From Candidatus Buchananbacteria bacterium (lineage in GTDB: Bacteria > Patescibacteriota > Patescibacteriia > 2-01-FULL-39-33), in contig CAIVNC010000022.1 in NCBI GenBank assembly GCA_903907165.1, forward strand, positions 1-35,338: 35,338 nt of DNA. Direction: 5' to 3'. The notes below the pieces were generated by a model, which ran no database searches, was not told the DNA's origin, and saw nothing but the letters and a program-made list of their open reading frames with translations. Position numbers and translations under genes: made by a program. Numbering within the stretch: position 1 is the stretch's first letter; every line of letters begins with the position of its first letter. This document shows, one piece after another, positions 20,844 to 29,763 of this stretch.

Positions 20844-21221
20844 ATGGAAGGTAATATTTTTTTAAATACGATTAAATTAATCACAGTAGATTTGCTGGGA
20901 GATGTTTTGTATTTTCCTATCTGGTGGTTTACGTTGGGGTTAAAAAAATCAGCCCTGTTTTTTTGGTCACAATTTTTAGGTTTGGAGGCGGGTCTAGGTT
21001 TTCGTATTTGGTTTTTAAATCTTTTTCAGCCGATGTTCGGTCAACGCGATATTGCTGGTAAGCTGATAAGTTTTGTTATTCGCTTGGTTCAAATTTTTGT
21101 TCGCGGTCTACTTTTAATTCTTGGTTTCGTTGTTATTTTGGCAGCTTTTATTGTTTGGGTTTGGTCGCCGGTGATAATTTTGGCGATGCTCGCTTATAAT
21201 TTTAATCTTCTAAATGTCTGA
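20844..21221 (+). CDS. Small membrane protein coupled to the Clp ATPase
   Basis: YFPIWWF, NLFQPMFG, long hydrophobic C-terminus; 8-nt overlap with the next gene. Confidence 0.75.
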   Translation: MEGNIFLNTIKLITVDLLGDVLYFPIWWFTLGLKKSALFFWSQFLGLEAGLGFRIWFLNLFQPMFGQRDIAGKLISFVIRLVQIFVRGLLLILGFVVILAAFIVWVWSPVIILAMLAYNFNLLNV

Positions 21222-23967
21222 AGTTAATAAAAAAAATCCATTGAAATTTTTGGCCTGCCCAAGATGTGAGGGCAAGGGCTGGTCTTCTGATTATCTTTGT
21301 CCGGATTGCCATGGCGATGGTTCAGGAATATCTTTGGGTGACAATTTGCTGATTTGGCGCTACGAATTAAATAACTCGGCCATTGCCAGACGACAACTCG
21401 ATCGAACATTTGAAACTATTTTTAATAGTTGCCTGTTTTTGCTTGGTGTGGCTGGATTTTTGGGTTTTGCTTGGTATTTTTATCAGCAGTTTAATGGCAA
21501 TGCGTTTAGCTGGCAGTTGATAGCTGACATTTTTCTGGCAAAAAATTCTTGGCTGGCATTTTTTTGGTTAAGCTTGTTTATTGATCTATATTTATTTTAT
21601 CGTTTCAATGTTCTTTCTGATAAGCGAGAAAAAGTTAAAATTAAAAAGTCTAAGGACAATGAGATTGTCGGCTTAACATCCTGGCCGGAAGCAAAAATTC
21701 TAAAACACATTTCCATAAATGCTTCGAGGGCTTATTCTCAGCCAGCGCTCAACGCTGTTGATGAGGCGTATCTTTTAGCTAAGAGATTTAAGCATACTCA
21801 GATTGAACCAATTCATTTTATAGCAGCTATTTTGTCTTCCGATAAAATAAAATCTTTACTGGTGAGGCTTGAAGTTAATTGGTCGGATTTAGAAGAAAGG
21901 ATCGGACGGGCTTTGACTAGTCGGCCAGCTGGCAAAAAATTAAAACTGTCTCTGCTTAGCCTCGAATCATTGCTAGCGGCATATTATCATGCATACGATA
22001 ATAAAAAATTAACCGTCGAGGTTACGGATTTATTTTGGGCTATCGCTTCGCTTGATGAATTAAGCGCCTCGATCCTTTATGATCTTGATGTGGATTTGGA
22101 TAAATTAACTAATGTAGTTTTTTGGTCAGATTTTCGACAGATTTTGTCAGCTCAATATTATCGTTTTCGCGCTTTGGCTCAGTATAAGCCACGAGGTGAT
22201 ATGGATAGAGCGATGACTGCTTTGGCTACGCCTTTGCTTAATAATTACAGTCAAAATTTAACCGCCATGGCGGCTTCGGGTTATTTTTCACCGTGCTTTG
22301 GTCGTGACAAGGAAATCGAATCAATTTTTAGAGACTTAGAAGGCAGTTCTAGCGGCAATGTGATCTTGGTTGGTGGACCAGGTGTCGGTAAGACATCCGT
22401 TATTAATGGTATTGCTCAGTTGATGGTAACTGAAGACGTGGCTGAAGTTTTGCAGGATAAGAGATTAGTGTCTCTTAATGTGCCGATGCTTATTGGTGGT
22501 GCTTCACCGGAAGAAGCTCAAGCTAGGTTTATTGAAGTGCTTAAAGAAATAATTGCCGCGGGAAATATTTGTTTGGTGATTGAAAATATTCGCGAACTTA
22601 TTGGTATTACGGTTGGCGGGCGAGAGAGTTTGGATTTGTCTGGAATTTTGGCAAAGTTATTGGCCGATAAATCTTTTGTTTGTTTGGCGACGGCTACAGA
22701 AGAGGATTATATCAAATACATAGAACGAAATAGTAGTTTGGGTTCGGTTTTCTCCAAGGTTCCTATTGTAGAAATGTCGCCAGAGGAAGCGATTAAAGTT
22801 TTGGAAGTTCATTCTGGGGCGATTGAGTATCATCATCACGTATTCTTCTCTTATGGGGCGATTGCTCGATCAGTTGAATTGTCTCATCGTTTGATTCACG
22901 AACAATTTTTGCCACTCAAGGCCATAAGAGTGGCCGAAGAGACGGCGGTTTTTGTGTCAAAAAGAAAAGGTTCAAAGCTGGTTAGGTCTGAAGATGTAGC
23001 CGAAATCATTACTCGCTTAACAAATGTTCCGGTGACCGAAGTGACAGGCAAGGAAAGTGAGAAATTATTAAATTTGGAATCAAAAATTCACGAGCGAATT
23101 ATTGGTCAGGACGAGGCAGTCAAAATGGCTTCCTCAGCTTTGCGTCGAGCTAGAGCTGAAATGAGCAGTAAAAAACGGCCAATTGCCAATTTGTTATTTT
23201 TGGGTCCAACTGGTGTTGGTAAGACTGAATTAACAAAGACGATTACTGAGGTTTATTTTGGTGACGAACAAAAAATGATTAGAGTCGATATGTCTGAGTA
23301 TCAGGATCAGTCCAGTATTTATCGTTTAATCGGCGAACCAAATGGTGATCAAGGAGGATTTTTTACGGAGGCTGTGAGAAAGAGTCCATTCTCTTTGATT
23401 CTCTTGGATGAAATTGAAAAAGCTCATCCCGATATTTTAAATCTCTTTTTGCAGGTGCTTGATGATGGCCGTTTGACTGATGGCTTGGGTCGCGTGATCG
23501 ATTTTACTAATACGATTATTATCGCCACTTCTAATGCAGGCACGGAGTATATTCAAAATGGCATTAAGGAGGGGAAGACTCTAGATAATATTAAGGAGGG
23601 TCTAATTAGTACTCAACTTCGCAATTATTTCCGTCCAGAATTTCTAAATCGTTTTGATGGTGTGATTGTTTTCCGACCGCTTAATATGAACGAGGTCAAA
23701 CAGATAGCTCGCTTGATGCTTAATAAAACCGCTAGCGCCATGGAAGAAAAAGGAGTGGCTTTGCAGATTGAGGATGGTTGCTTGGAGACTTTAGCTCAAG
23801 CTGGTTTTGATCCAACTCTGGGTGCTAGGCCTTTGCGTCGTGTTATTCAAGATCGAGTGGATGATAAATTAGCTAATTTGTTTTTGGGCGGTCAATTGGC
23901 TCGTCGTGACACGGTAATCTTTAAGTCTGACGGCCAGGTTGAGGTGGTAAAAGCCAAGGATTTTTAG
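21214..23967 (+). CDS. Membrane-anchored ClpA/B/C-family AAA+ ATPase with N-terminal Zn finger
   Basis: CPRCEGKG...CPDCHGDG, two TM helices, Clp-N repeat region, D1 GGPGVGKT, D2 GPTGVGKT / LLDEIEKAH, FRPEFLNRFD, GARPLRR. Confidence 0.9.
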   Translation: MSEVNKKNPLKFLACPRCEGKGWSSDYLCPDCHGDGSGISLGDNLLIWRYELNNSAIARRQLDRTFETIFNSCLFLLGVAGFLGFAWYFYQQFNGNAFSWQLIADIFLAKNSWLAFFWLSLFIDLYLFYRFNVLSDKREKVKIKKSKDNEIVGLTSWPEAKILKHISINASRAYSQPALNAVDEAYLLAKRFKHTQIEPIHFIAAILSSDKIKSLLVRLEVNWSDLEERIGRALTSRPAGKKLKLSLLSLESLLAAYYHAYDNKKLTVEVTDLFWAIASLDELSASILYDLDVDLDKLTNVVFWSDFRQILSAQYYRFRALAQYKPRGDMDRAMTALATPLLNNYSQNLTAMAASGYFSPCFGRDKEIESIFRDLEGSSSGNVILVGGPGVGKTSVINGIAQLMVTEDVAEVLQDKRLVSLNVPMLIGGASPEEAQARFIEVLKEIIAAGNICLVIENIRELIGITVGGRESLDLSGILAKLLADKSFVCLATATEEDYIKYIERNSSLGSVFSKVPIVEMSPEEAIKVLEVHSGAIEYHHHVFFSYGAIARSVELSHRLIHEQFLPLKAIRVAEETAVFVSKRKGSKLVRSEDVAEIITRLTNVPVTEVTGKESEKLLNLESKIHERIIGQDEAVKMASSALRRARAEMSSKKRPIANLLFLGPTGVGKTELTKTITEVYFGDEQKMIRVDMSEYQDQSSIYRLIGEPNGDQGGFFTEAVRKSPFSLILLDEIEKAHPDILNLFLQVLDDGRLTDGLGRVIDFTNTIIIATSNAGTEYIQNGIKEGKTLDNIKEGLISTQLRNYFRPEFLNRFDGVIVFRPLNMNEVKQIARLMLNKTASAMEEKGVALQIEDGCLETLAQAGFDPTLGARPLRRVIQDRVDDKLANLFLGGQLARRDTVIFKSDGQVEVVKAKDF

Positions 23968-24091
23968 GCCAATTTTTGTTTAAATTTGGGGGTTGCCAGA
24001 TCTGTATTTTTGTGTTAATATAAATTCGCTTGAAAATCCTGAAAATGCTTGCTCTATGGACTGGCTTTAAGGGAGAGGCAAAAAGGGTCTT

Positions 24092-24163
24092 GCCACCCTA
24101 GCTCAGTGGTAGAGCTACTGTCTTGTAAACAGTGGGTCGTCGGTTCGAGTCCGACGGGTGGCT
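24092..24163 (+). tRNA. tRNA-Thr(TGT)
   Basis: GCCACCC acceptor pairs with GGGTGGC; anticodon arm ACTGT-CTTGTAA-ACAGT; T-loop GGTTCGAGTCC; CCA not encoded. Confidence 0.95.
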
Positions 24164-24193
24164 CAGGAAGAGATAATTCATAAAATAAGTTCT

Positions 24194-24349
24194 ATGTCGC
24201 AGGACAACATGATCAAATTTGAATGCACTGAATGCAAAAAGGTCAATTATTTTTCTAGAAAGAATAAGAAGATTTTAAAGACCAGATTGGAAATGAACAA
24301 ATATTGTAAGCATTGCCAGAAGCATACTTTGCATAAGGAAACAAAATAA
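24194..24349 (+). CDS. rpmG: 50S ribosomal protein L33 (Zn-binding form)
   Basis: [19 protein letters not shown]...[16 protein letters not shown]; two CxxC motifs. Confidence 0.95.
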   Translation: MSQDNMIKFECTECKKVNYFSRKNKKILKTRLEMNKYCKHCQKHTLHKETK

Positions 24350-24389
24350 AAATTATTTTGCCGCCGGCATTTCGTCGGCGGATTTTTGT

Positions 24390-24464
24390 GGGGGCGTGGT
24401 GTTAATGGTAGCATGCCGGTCTCCAAAACCGTTGGTTCGGGTTCAAATCCTGACGCCCCTGCCA
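24390..24464 (+). tRNA. tRNA-Trp(CCA)
   Basis: GGGGGCG / CGCCCCT acceptor, anticodon loop CTCCAAA, GGTTCAAATCC, ends GCCA. Confidence 0.93.
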
Positions 24465-24471
24465 TTAAAAC

Positions 24472-24501
24472 AAAAAGAGCCGATTAATATCGGTTCTTTT
24501 T
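24472..24501 (+). terminator. Rho-independent terminator
   Basis: AAAAAGAGCCGAT-TAAT-ATCGGTTCTTTTT. Confidence 0.75.
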
Positions 24502-24524
24502 GTTTTTTGTTATAATAATAGCAT

Positions 24525-25118
24525 ATGAAAAAGATTATATTATCATCTCATGGATTTCAGAAGAATTCCATGCTAAAAGAACAAATCTCCGAGTTATTAC
24601 CAAAAGAGCCAAAGAATCTTTCTGTTGCTATTATCACGACGGCCTCAGCTGAGTGGAAAGAAAAAAATAAGCACGCAGTTTTGGCAAAAGAAGTATTTGA
24701 AGAAATGGGATTTAAAGAAGTAGTTTTCTTGGATGTTGAATTTGAGGATCCAAATAAACTGAAGGACTTTGATTTAATTTATATTAATGGTGGAAATCCA
24801 TTTTATCTTTTGCATCAACTTAGAAGATCTGGCGCCGATAAAATCTTAAGGGAATGCGCCGAAAAATCTATCATAATTGGTATTAGTGCTGGGGCGGTTG
24901 TGCTAGGGCCAAATATTAGTATTGTCAATTATTTTGATAGTAAATTAAATTCTACTGAGTTAAAAGATTTTACTGCCTTGAATTTAACGGATCTTATTAT
25001 TTATCCGCACTATAATGAAGAGATGGAGAATAAGATAAAGGGGTTCGAATTAGAATTTAATTGTAAGGTTGAAAGGTTGCTCGATGACAAGTCTATTATG
25101 ATTAAAATTAAAAATTAA
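24525..25118 (+). CDS. Peptidase S51 (dipeptidase E-like, GAT1 fold)
   Basis: IITTAS, IYINGGNPFYL, GISAGA (nucleophile Ser), IYPHY. Confidence 0.85.
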   Translation: MKKIILSSHGFQKNSMLKEQISELLPKEPKNLSVAIITTASAEWKEKNKHAVLAKEVFEEMGFKEVVFLDVEFEDPNKLKDFDLIYINGGNPFYLLHQLRRSGADKILRECAEKSIIIGISAGAVVLGPNISIVNYFDSKLNSTELKDFTALNLTDLIIYPHYNEEMENKIKGFELEFNCKVERLLDDKSIMIKIKN

Positions 25119-25120
25119 AT

Positions 25121-25618
25121 ATGACCTATTACATAATCATTCGTGGCCCGCTAGGAAGTGGCAAGTCAACAATATCTCAAAAACTCTCAGAAATTCTTGA
25201 CGCTAGGTATATCGGAATGGACGAGGTGTTAGAAAATAACGGACTAGATAAGATACCGCCTGACGCTCCTTGTATTCCAGTAGAAAACTTTATCAAGGCT
25301 AATGAGATTGTTTTACCTGAAGCTAAGGAGCTACTTGAAGCTGGTAAGATTGTTATTTTTGATGCTTGTTTTTATCACAAAGAGGTGATTGAACATCTAA
25401 TTGAAAATCTGCCATTTCCTCATTACGAGTTTACCTTGAAAGCGTCACTGGAACTTTGTATAAAAAGAGACGCCGAGCGAAGTAAGACTCATGGCGAGGG
25501 TGCGGCTTGGGCGGTTCACTCTCTTGTTTCTAAATTTGATTATGGCGTAAATATAGATGTTTCAGGAAGTCTCGAAGATACTATAAAAAACATTCTTTCT
25601 TATCTGCCACAAAAATAA
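25121..25618 (+). CDS. Small P-loop kinase (AAA_33/NMP-kinase-like)
   Basis: IIIRGPLGSGKST, IVIFDA, LKASLELCIKRDAER lid motif. Confidence 0.8.
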   Translation: MTYYIIIRGPLGSGKSTISQKLSEILDARYIGMDEVLENNGLDKIPPDAPCIPVENFIKANEIVLPEAKELLEAGKIVIFDACFYHKEVIEHLIENLPFPHYEFTLKASLELCIKRDAERSKTHGEGAAWAVHSLVSKFDYGVNIDVSGSLEDTIKNILSYLPQK

Positions 25619-25625
25619 AAAAGCC

Positions 25626-25889
25626 CTAGATCTTTTTGTTTTGATTTAGGGCTTTGAGACGTTTAGCTTCGTCGCGAAAGATTTTAAGGGGCGATTGAGA
25701 ATTTCCCTTGACCGGATCATGAGCATGTTTCTGAGCTACTTTAATCATCAGAGCATAATCAGCTGGGGTTTTATAGTAGGCTCTTTTTTCTTCTTTTGTG
25801 AGTGGCCTAAAAAACTCCAGCTCGGTTTGGCCTCTTTCTTCTAATGTGCAGTCGCAGAGTAGTCGGCCGCAAACTGGGCATAGGCTCAT
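25626..25889 (-). CDS. Hypothetical protein with N-terminal Cys cluster
   Basis: CPVCGRLLCDC; SD AAGGAG (25896-25901, minus strand). Confidence 0.6.
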   Translation of the reverse strand: MSLCPVCGRLLCDCTLEERGQTELEFFRPLTKEEKRAYYKTPADYALMIKVAQKHAHDPVKGNSQSPLKIFRDEAKRLKALNQNKKI

Positions 25890-26237
25890 TTTGGACTCCT
25901 TTCTTGAACGTTTAATTTTAACTAAAGAACTTATTAGAATTAGTCATGTTTGCATATTTTAGATAAAAAGTCAAGAATCGTGTTTGTTTGAATCATTGTC
26001 ACAATAACAATCTCAACGCGTTTATTATAGTAGAGGGAATGATATTCCCATGCAATTTTAAAAGGGGTTTCAAATATGGGGGAAATAAATATATTCTCTC
26101 AGGCCAAACTTTCGGGTTTGGCCACTTCTTTTCGGAAAATTAAATCAATGTATATTTACAGCTTGCCGGCTGTTTTTTGTTTATGCAAAAAAATATGGTA
26201 TAATAAACTAAACTTAATTACAAATTATTTTAAATCT

Positions 26238-27182
26238 ATGATTTGCTTCAATTGTAAAAAGCAAATTCCTGATGGAGTGAGCGTCTGCCCTTCGTGCGGT
26301 GCCACTATTAATCCTCAACATCAGGTGGTGCGCGAAATAAAACAGCGCCGTTCTCAGCGTTGGATTTTTTATGTCATCATTGCCGCCGTGTTTATCGGTA
26401 TGACATCTTATACTGTTAAGGTAGTTTTGGATAACGCCAACAGTATCGCTCAGATTACCGCGATTCAACAGCAAATGAATGATGCCAAAACTAAGTTGAG
26501 TCAAAAGGACAATCAGCTTCAACAAAGCGCAACTCAGTTACAGCAAACGCAATCTCAAATTGCCGATTTGCAAAAGAGTTTGTCTGCTGGCCAGCAAGCC
26601 CTAGATCAAAAAACATCTGATTTTCAACAAGCTTTGGCTGACAAAACTGATCTGATGACTAAATATGGTCAATTTAGCGCCAATCTTGGAGCTGATAATG
26701 CCAATGTGTATTCTTTCTTGGTTGCTCAAGGTATTGGGACGCCGAACAAAGATTTAGCTAAAATTCCTATTGCTGATTTTAATTTGAATAGTGGTAAAGA
26801 CAGCGATAGTGATGGTTTATCTGATGTAGTAGAGGCAGCTCTTGGTACCAATCCAAATAAAGCCGATACTAATGGCAATGGCTTCAATGACAAACAAGAA
26901 TTATTTAATGGCTACGATCCAGTAGGCAAGGGTAAGCTGCCAATTGATCTAAAATTTGTAGATGCTAACAAGGGTAAGATTTTGTTAGAAATTGATCACT
27001 CAGGCGAGGCTTGGTATGTCAATCCTAAGGATGGCAAGAAGTATTTCTTGGGTCGTCCAGCTGATGCCTTGAAGACCTTGCAGCAAATCAATTCTTCCGC
27101 TACGCCAAATAATAATAATCCGGTTAATGTCACTGCTTCGACTAGCATTAACACTTCAACTCAATTAGATTTTGTTAGATAA
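26238..27182 (+). CDS. Zn-ribbon / TM / coiled-coil / TSP3-like Ca-binding surface protein
   Basis: CFNC...CPSCG, single TM, Gln-rich coil, DSDSDGLSD..E..LGTNP..ADTNGNGFND; start at 26238, downstream of TGGTATAAT (26196-26204). Confidence 0.7.
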   Translation: MICFNCKKQIPDGVSVCPSCGATINPQHQVVREIKQRRSQRWIFYVIIAAVFIGMTSYTVKVVLDNANSIAQITAIQQQMNDAKTKLSQKDNQLQQSATQLQQTQSQIADLQKSLSAGQQALDQKTSDFQQALADKTDLMTKYGQFSANLGADNANVYSFLVAQGIGTPNKDLAKIPIADFNLNSGKDSDSDGLSDVVEAALGTNPNKADTNGNGFNDKQELFNGYDPVGKGKLPIDLKFVDANKGKILLEIDHSGEAWYVNPKDGKKYFLGRPADALKTLQQINSSATPNNNNPVNVTASTSINTSTQLDFVR

Positions 27183-27193
27183 ACAATAAAATT

Positions 27194-27224
27194 AAATCCC
27201 AAACTTAAAGGTTTGGGATTTTTT
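27194..27224 (+). terminator. Rho-independent terminator
   Basis: AAATCCCAAAC...GTTTGGGATTT plus T-run. Confidence 0.8.
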
Positions 27225-27439
27225 GTATCTCAATAAAATAACTAAAATTAGCTGTTTTATTGATGTTTTGCTCTTATTTCAGTTGAGGTTATTGGAATGG
27301 TTATTTTTTTACTTGGAGGAAATATTAATAAATTCCCATAAAACTTGTGGATTTTTATTGCTATTTGCTATATAATGATTATAGAAAATTTGTTTGTGGA
27401 TAACTTCAAATTAAAATTAATTATTAATCATAGAGTTTT

Positions 27440-27721
27440 ATGGCCAAAATGACCAAATCTCAGATCATCAGCGCATTGGCTGAGACAACAGAATTAAGCA
27501 AGAAAGACGTCACCAACTTAATGGAAGTCTTTTCAACAATGGCTTACAAAGAAGTCAAAAAGAACGGTGAGTTTGTCGTGCCAGGTATCGGTAAATTAGT
27601 AAAAATTAACCGCAAGGCTCGCACAGGCCGCAACCCAGCTACTGGTGAATCAATCAACATTCCAGCTAAGGTTGTTGTAAAATTCCGTGTTGCTAAAGCT
27701 GCTAAAGAAGCTGTTCTGTAA
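27440..27721 (+). CDS. hup: HU-family DNA-binding protein
   Basis: MTKSQII, PGIGK, RKARTGRNPATGESINIPAK, KFR. Confidence 0.95.
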   Translation: MAKMTKSQIISALAETTELSKKDVTNLMEVFSTMAYKEVKKNGEFVVPGIGKLVKINRKARTGRNPATGESINIPAKVVVKFRVAKAAKEAVL

Positions 27722-27741
27722 TTTTTCTACAAAATATTCTC

Positions 27742-27772
27742 AAACTCCGCTTTCACAAAAGGCGGAGTTTTT
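27742..27772 (+). terminator. Rho-independent terminator
   Basis: AAACTCCGCTTT / AAGGCGGAGTTT followed by TT. Confidence 0.8.
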
Positions 27773-27805
27773 GTTATAATATATTTATAGAAAATAAAAT
27801 TTGTT

Positions 27806-29158
27806 ATGGATAATTTATTAAAGTCGAAGCCAGCAAAAAAAGCTTGGGTGGTTACGGTGGATATGGGGTATGGCCATCAGCGAGCCTCTTATCCGCTCAG
27901 TGTCTTCTCTGAGGGCGAAATCATCTCAGCTAATAGTTACAAAGGCATTCCTGATGCAGATAGAGTTATTTGGGAAAATAGTCGCAGCTTCTATGAGTTT
28001 ATCTCTCGTTTTAAAAACGTGCCGTTCTTGGGCGAGAGAGCTTTTGATTTGTATGACAAATTTCAAGCCATTCCGCAATTTTATCCCAAACGCGATCTAT
28101 CTAAGGGCAATATTCAACTAAAAGAGATTTATTCTTTGTTTGAAAAGAAAAATTGGGGTAAACATTTGATAGACAAATTAGCCAAAAAGAAAATTCCTTT
28201 AGTGACGACTTTTTTTGTGACAGCGATGATGGCTGAATATTTTAAATATCCAGGACCAATCTTTTGCGTCATTTGTGACACCGATATTAGCCGCACTTGG
28301 GTGCCCCTAAAGCCTCGAGAAAGCCGAATCCATTACTTTGCACCAAATAAAAGAGTTGTCGACCGCTTGAAGCTTTATGGTGTCAGTGAGGAGCGAATTT
28401 TCTTGACTGGCTTTCCTTTGCCGCTTGAAAATCTTGGCGATAATTTGAAATTGTTAAAGCAAGATGTGGGTAAGCGCTTGATTAATCTTGATCCGGAGAA
28501 GGTTTACATTTCCCAGTATCGTAAAACTATCAATACTCAGCTTGGGATTAAAAATCTCAAGATGACGCCAACTCGGCCGCTGACGATTACTTTTGCTGTT
28601 GGTGGAGCTGGAGCTCAGAGAGAGCTTGGAGCGACGATTTTGGGCAGTTTGCGTCAGGATATTGAAGATGGCAAGATCAGGTTTAATCTGGTGGCCGGCG
28701 TTAATGGTGATGTTAATCATTATTTTAAGGATGTTATTCACGATCTGAAATTAAGCGGTCGGAGTAAGAAGAATGTTAGTATTATTTTCCATCCAGACAA
28801 AGATGGTTACTTTAAGGAATTTAATAAGGTTTTAAGAACGACCGATATTTTGTGGACCAAGCCGAGCGAGTTGTCTTTTTATTGTGCTCTAGGCCTTCCG
28901 ATTGTTATTGCTCCGCCGATTGGCTCGCAGGAAATATTCAACCAGAAATGGCTCCAGGCGATCGGTTCTGGTATGAATCAGGATAATCCCAAGTACACGG
29001 CGGAATGGCTCAATGACTGGCTTAATTCAGGCTGGCTAGCTGAGGCGGCTATGCAGGGGTTCCTTGAGGCGCCAAAATATGGCACGTTCAATATTGAAAA
29101 ATTAGTGTTTAATCATAGCGACGAGGCCAAGAAGGTAAAAATGTTTTTACAGTACTAA
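27806..29158 (+). CDS. GT-B glycosyltransferase-like protein (UgtP/MGDG synthase, GT28-like)
   Basis: MGYGHQRA, VICDTD, TGFPL, GGAG, DILWTKPSE, PIGSQEIFN parallel GT28 motifs. Confidence 0.55.
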   Translation: MDNLLKSKPAKKAWVVTVDMGYGHQRASYPLSVFSEGEIISANSYKGIPDADRVIWENSRSFYEFISRFKNVPFLGERAFDLYDKFQAIPQFYPKRDLSKGNIQLKEIYSLFEKKNWGKHLIDKLAKKKIPLVTTFFVTAMMAEYFKYPGPIFCVICDTDISRTWVPLKPRESRIHYFAPNKRVVDRLKLYGVSEERIFLTGFPLPLENLGDNLKLLKQDVGKRLINLDPEKVYISQYRKTINTQLGIKNLKMTPTRPLTITFAVGGAGAQRELGATILGSLRQDIEDGKIRFNLVAGVNGDVNHYFKDVIHDLKLSGRSKKNVSIIFHPDKDGYFKEFNKVLRTTDILWTKPSELSFYCALGLPIVIAPPIGSQEIFNQKWLQAIGSGMNQDNPKYTAEWLNDWLNSGWLAEAAMQGFLEAPKYGTFNIEKLVFNHSDEAKKVKMFLQY

Positions 29159-29652
29159 TGTTAGGGCTCTTATCAAAAAAGAAGGCGCCAGAGTTTTATG
29201 TCATTTGCGACAATCTGCGCAGTTTGTATAACATCGGCTCGATTTTTCGCACAGCCGATGCCCTTGGTGTTAATAAAATTTATCTAACCGGCATTTGTGG
29301 TACACCCGAGCAAAAAGGACTCAAAAAAGTCGCTCTCGGAGCAGAGGAGTCGGTGCCGTGGGAGTATGCCAAAAACACTTGGCAGTTGGTGGACAAATTG
29401 AAGAAGCAAAAAGTTAAAATTATTGCTCTAGAATTAAATAAAAACAGTGTTGACATTGACCAGTTTGTGAGGCAAAATAAGGCCAAGATGTCTGGCAATT
29501 TTGCCTTAATTTTGGGCAATGAGGTGACAGGAGTATCAAGCACGATTCTCAAGAGATCTGATGTTGTCGTTCATATCCCCATGAAAGGTATGAAGGAGTC
29601 GCTTAATGTTTCAGTGGCCTTTGGAATTGCAGGATACATGCTAGCTAAATAA
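29158..29652 (+). CDS. TrmH/SpoU-family RNA methyltransferase
   Basis: NIGSIFRTAD, LILGNEVTGV, HIPMKGMKESLNVSVA. Confidence 0.92.
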   Translation: MLGLLSKKKAPEFYVICDNLRSLYNIGSIFRTADALGVNKIYLTGICGTPEQKGLKKVALGAEESVPWEYAKNTWQLVDKLKKQKVKIIALELNKNSVDIDQFVRQNKAKMSGNFALILGNEVTGVSSTILKRSDVVVHIPMKGMKESLNVSVAFGIAGYMLAK

Positions 29653-29656
29653 GTTA

Positions 29657-29727
29657 CGGGTTGTGGTATAACGGCATTATACGCGATTCGGGTTCGCGTG
29701 ACGGCGGTTCAATTCCGCCCAGCCCGA
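29657..29727 (+). tRNA. tRNA-Pro(CGG)
   Basis: CGGGTTG / CAGCCCG acceptor with discriminator A; anticodon arm CGCGA-TTCGGGT-TCGCG; GGTTCAATTCC. Confidence 0.9.
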
Positions 29728-29763
29728 TAAGATAAAATTATTAAATGAAGTATAAAATATAGT

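Noticed and set aside
24247-24465. 72-aa minus-strand ORF (MAGASGFEPEPTVLETG...)
   Set aside because: Antisense translation of tRNA-Trp and rpmG.
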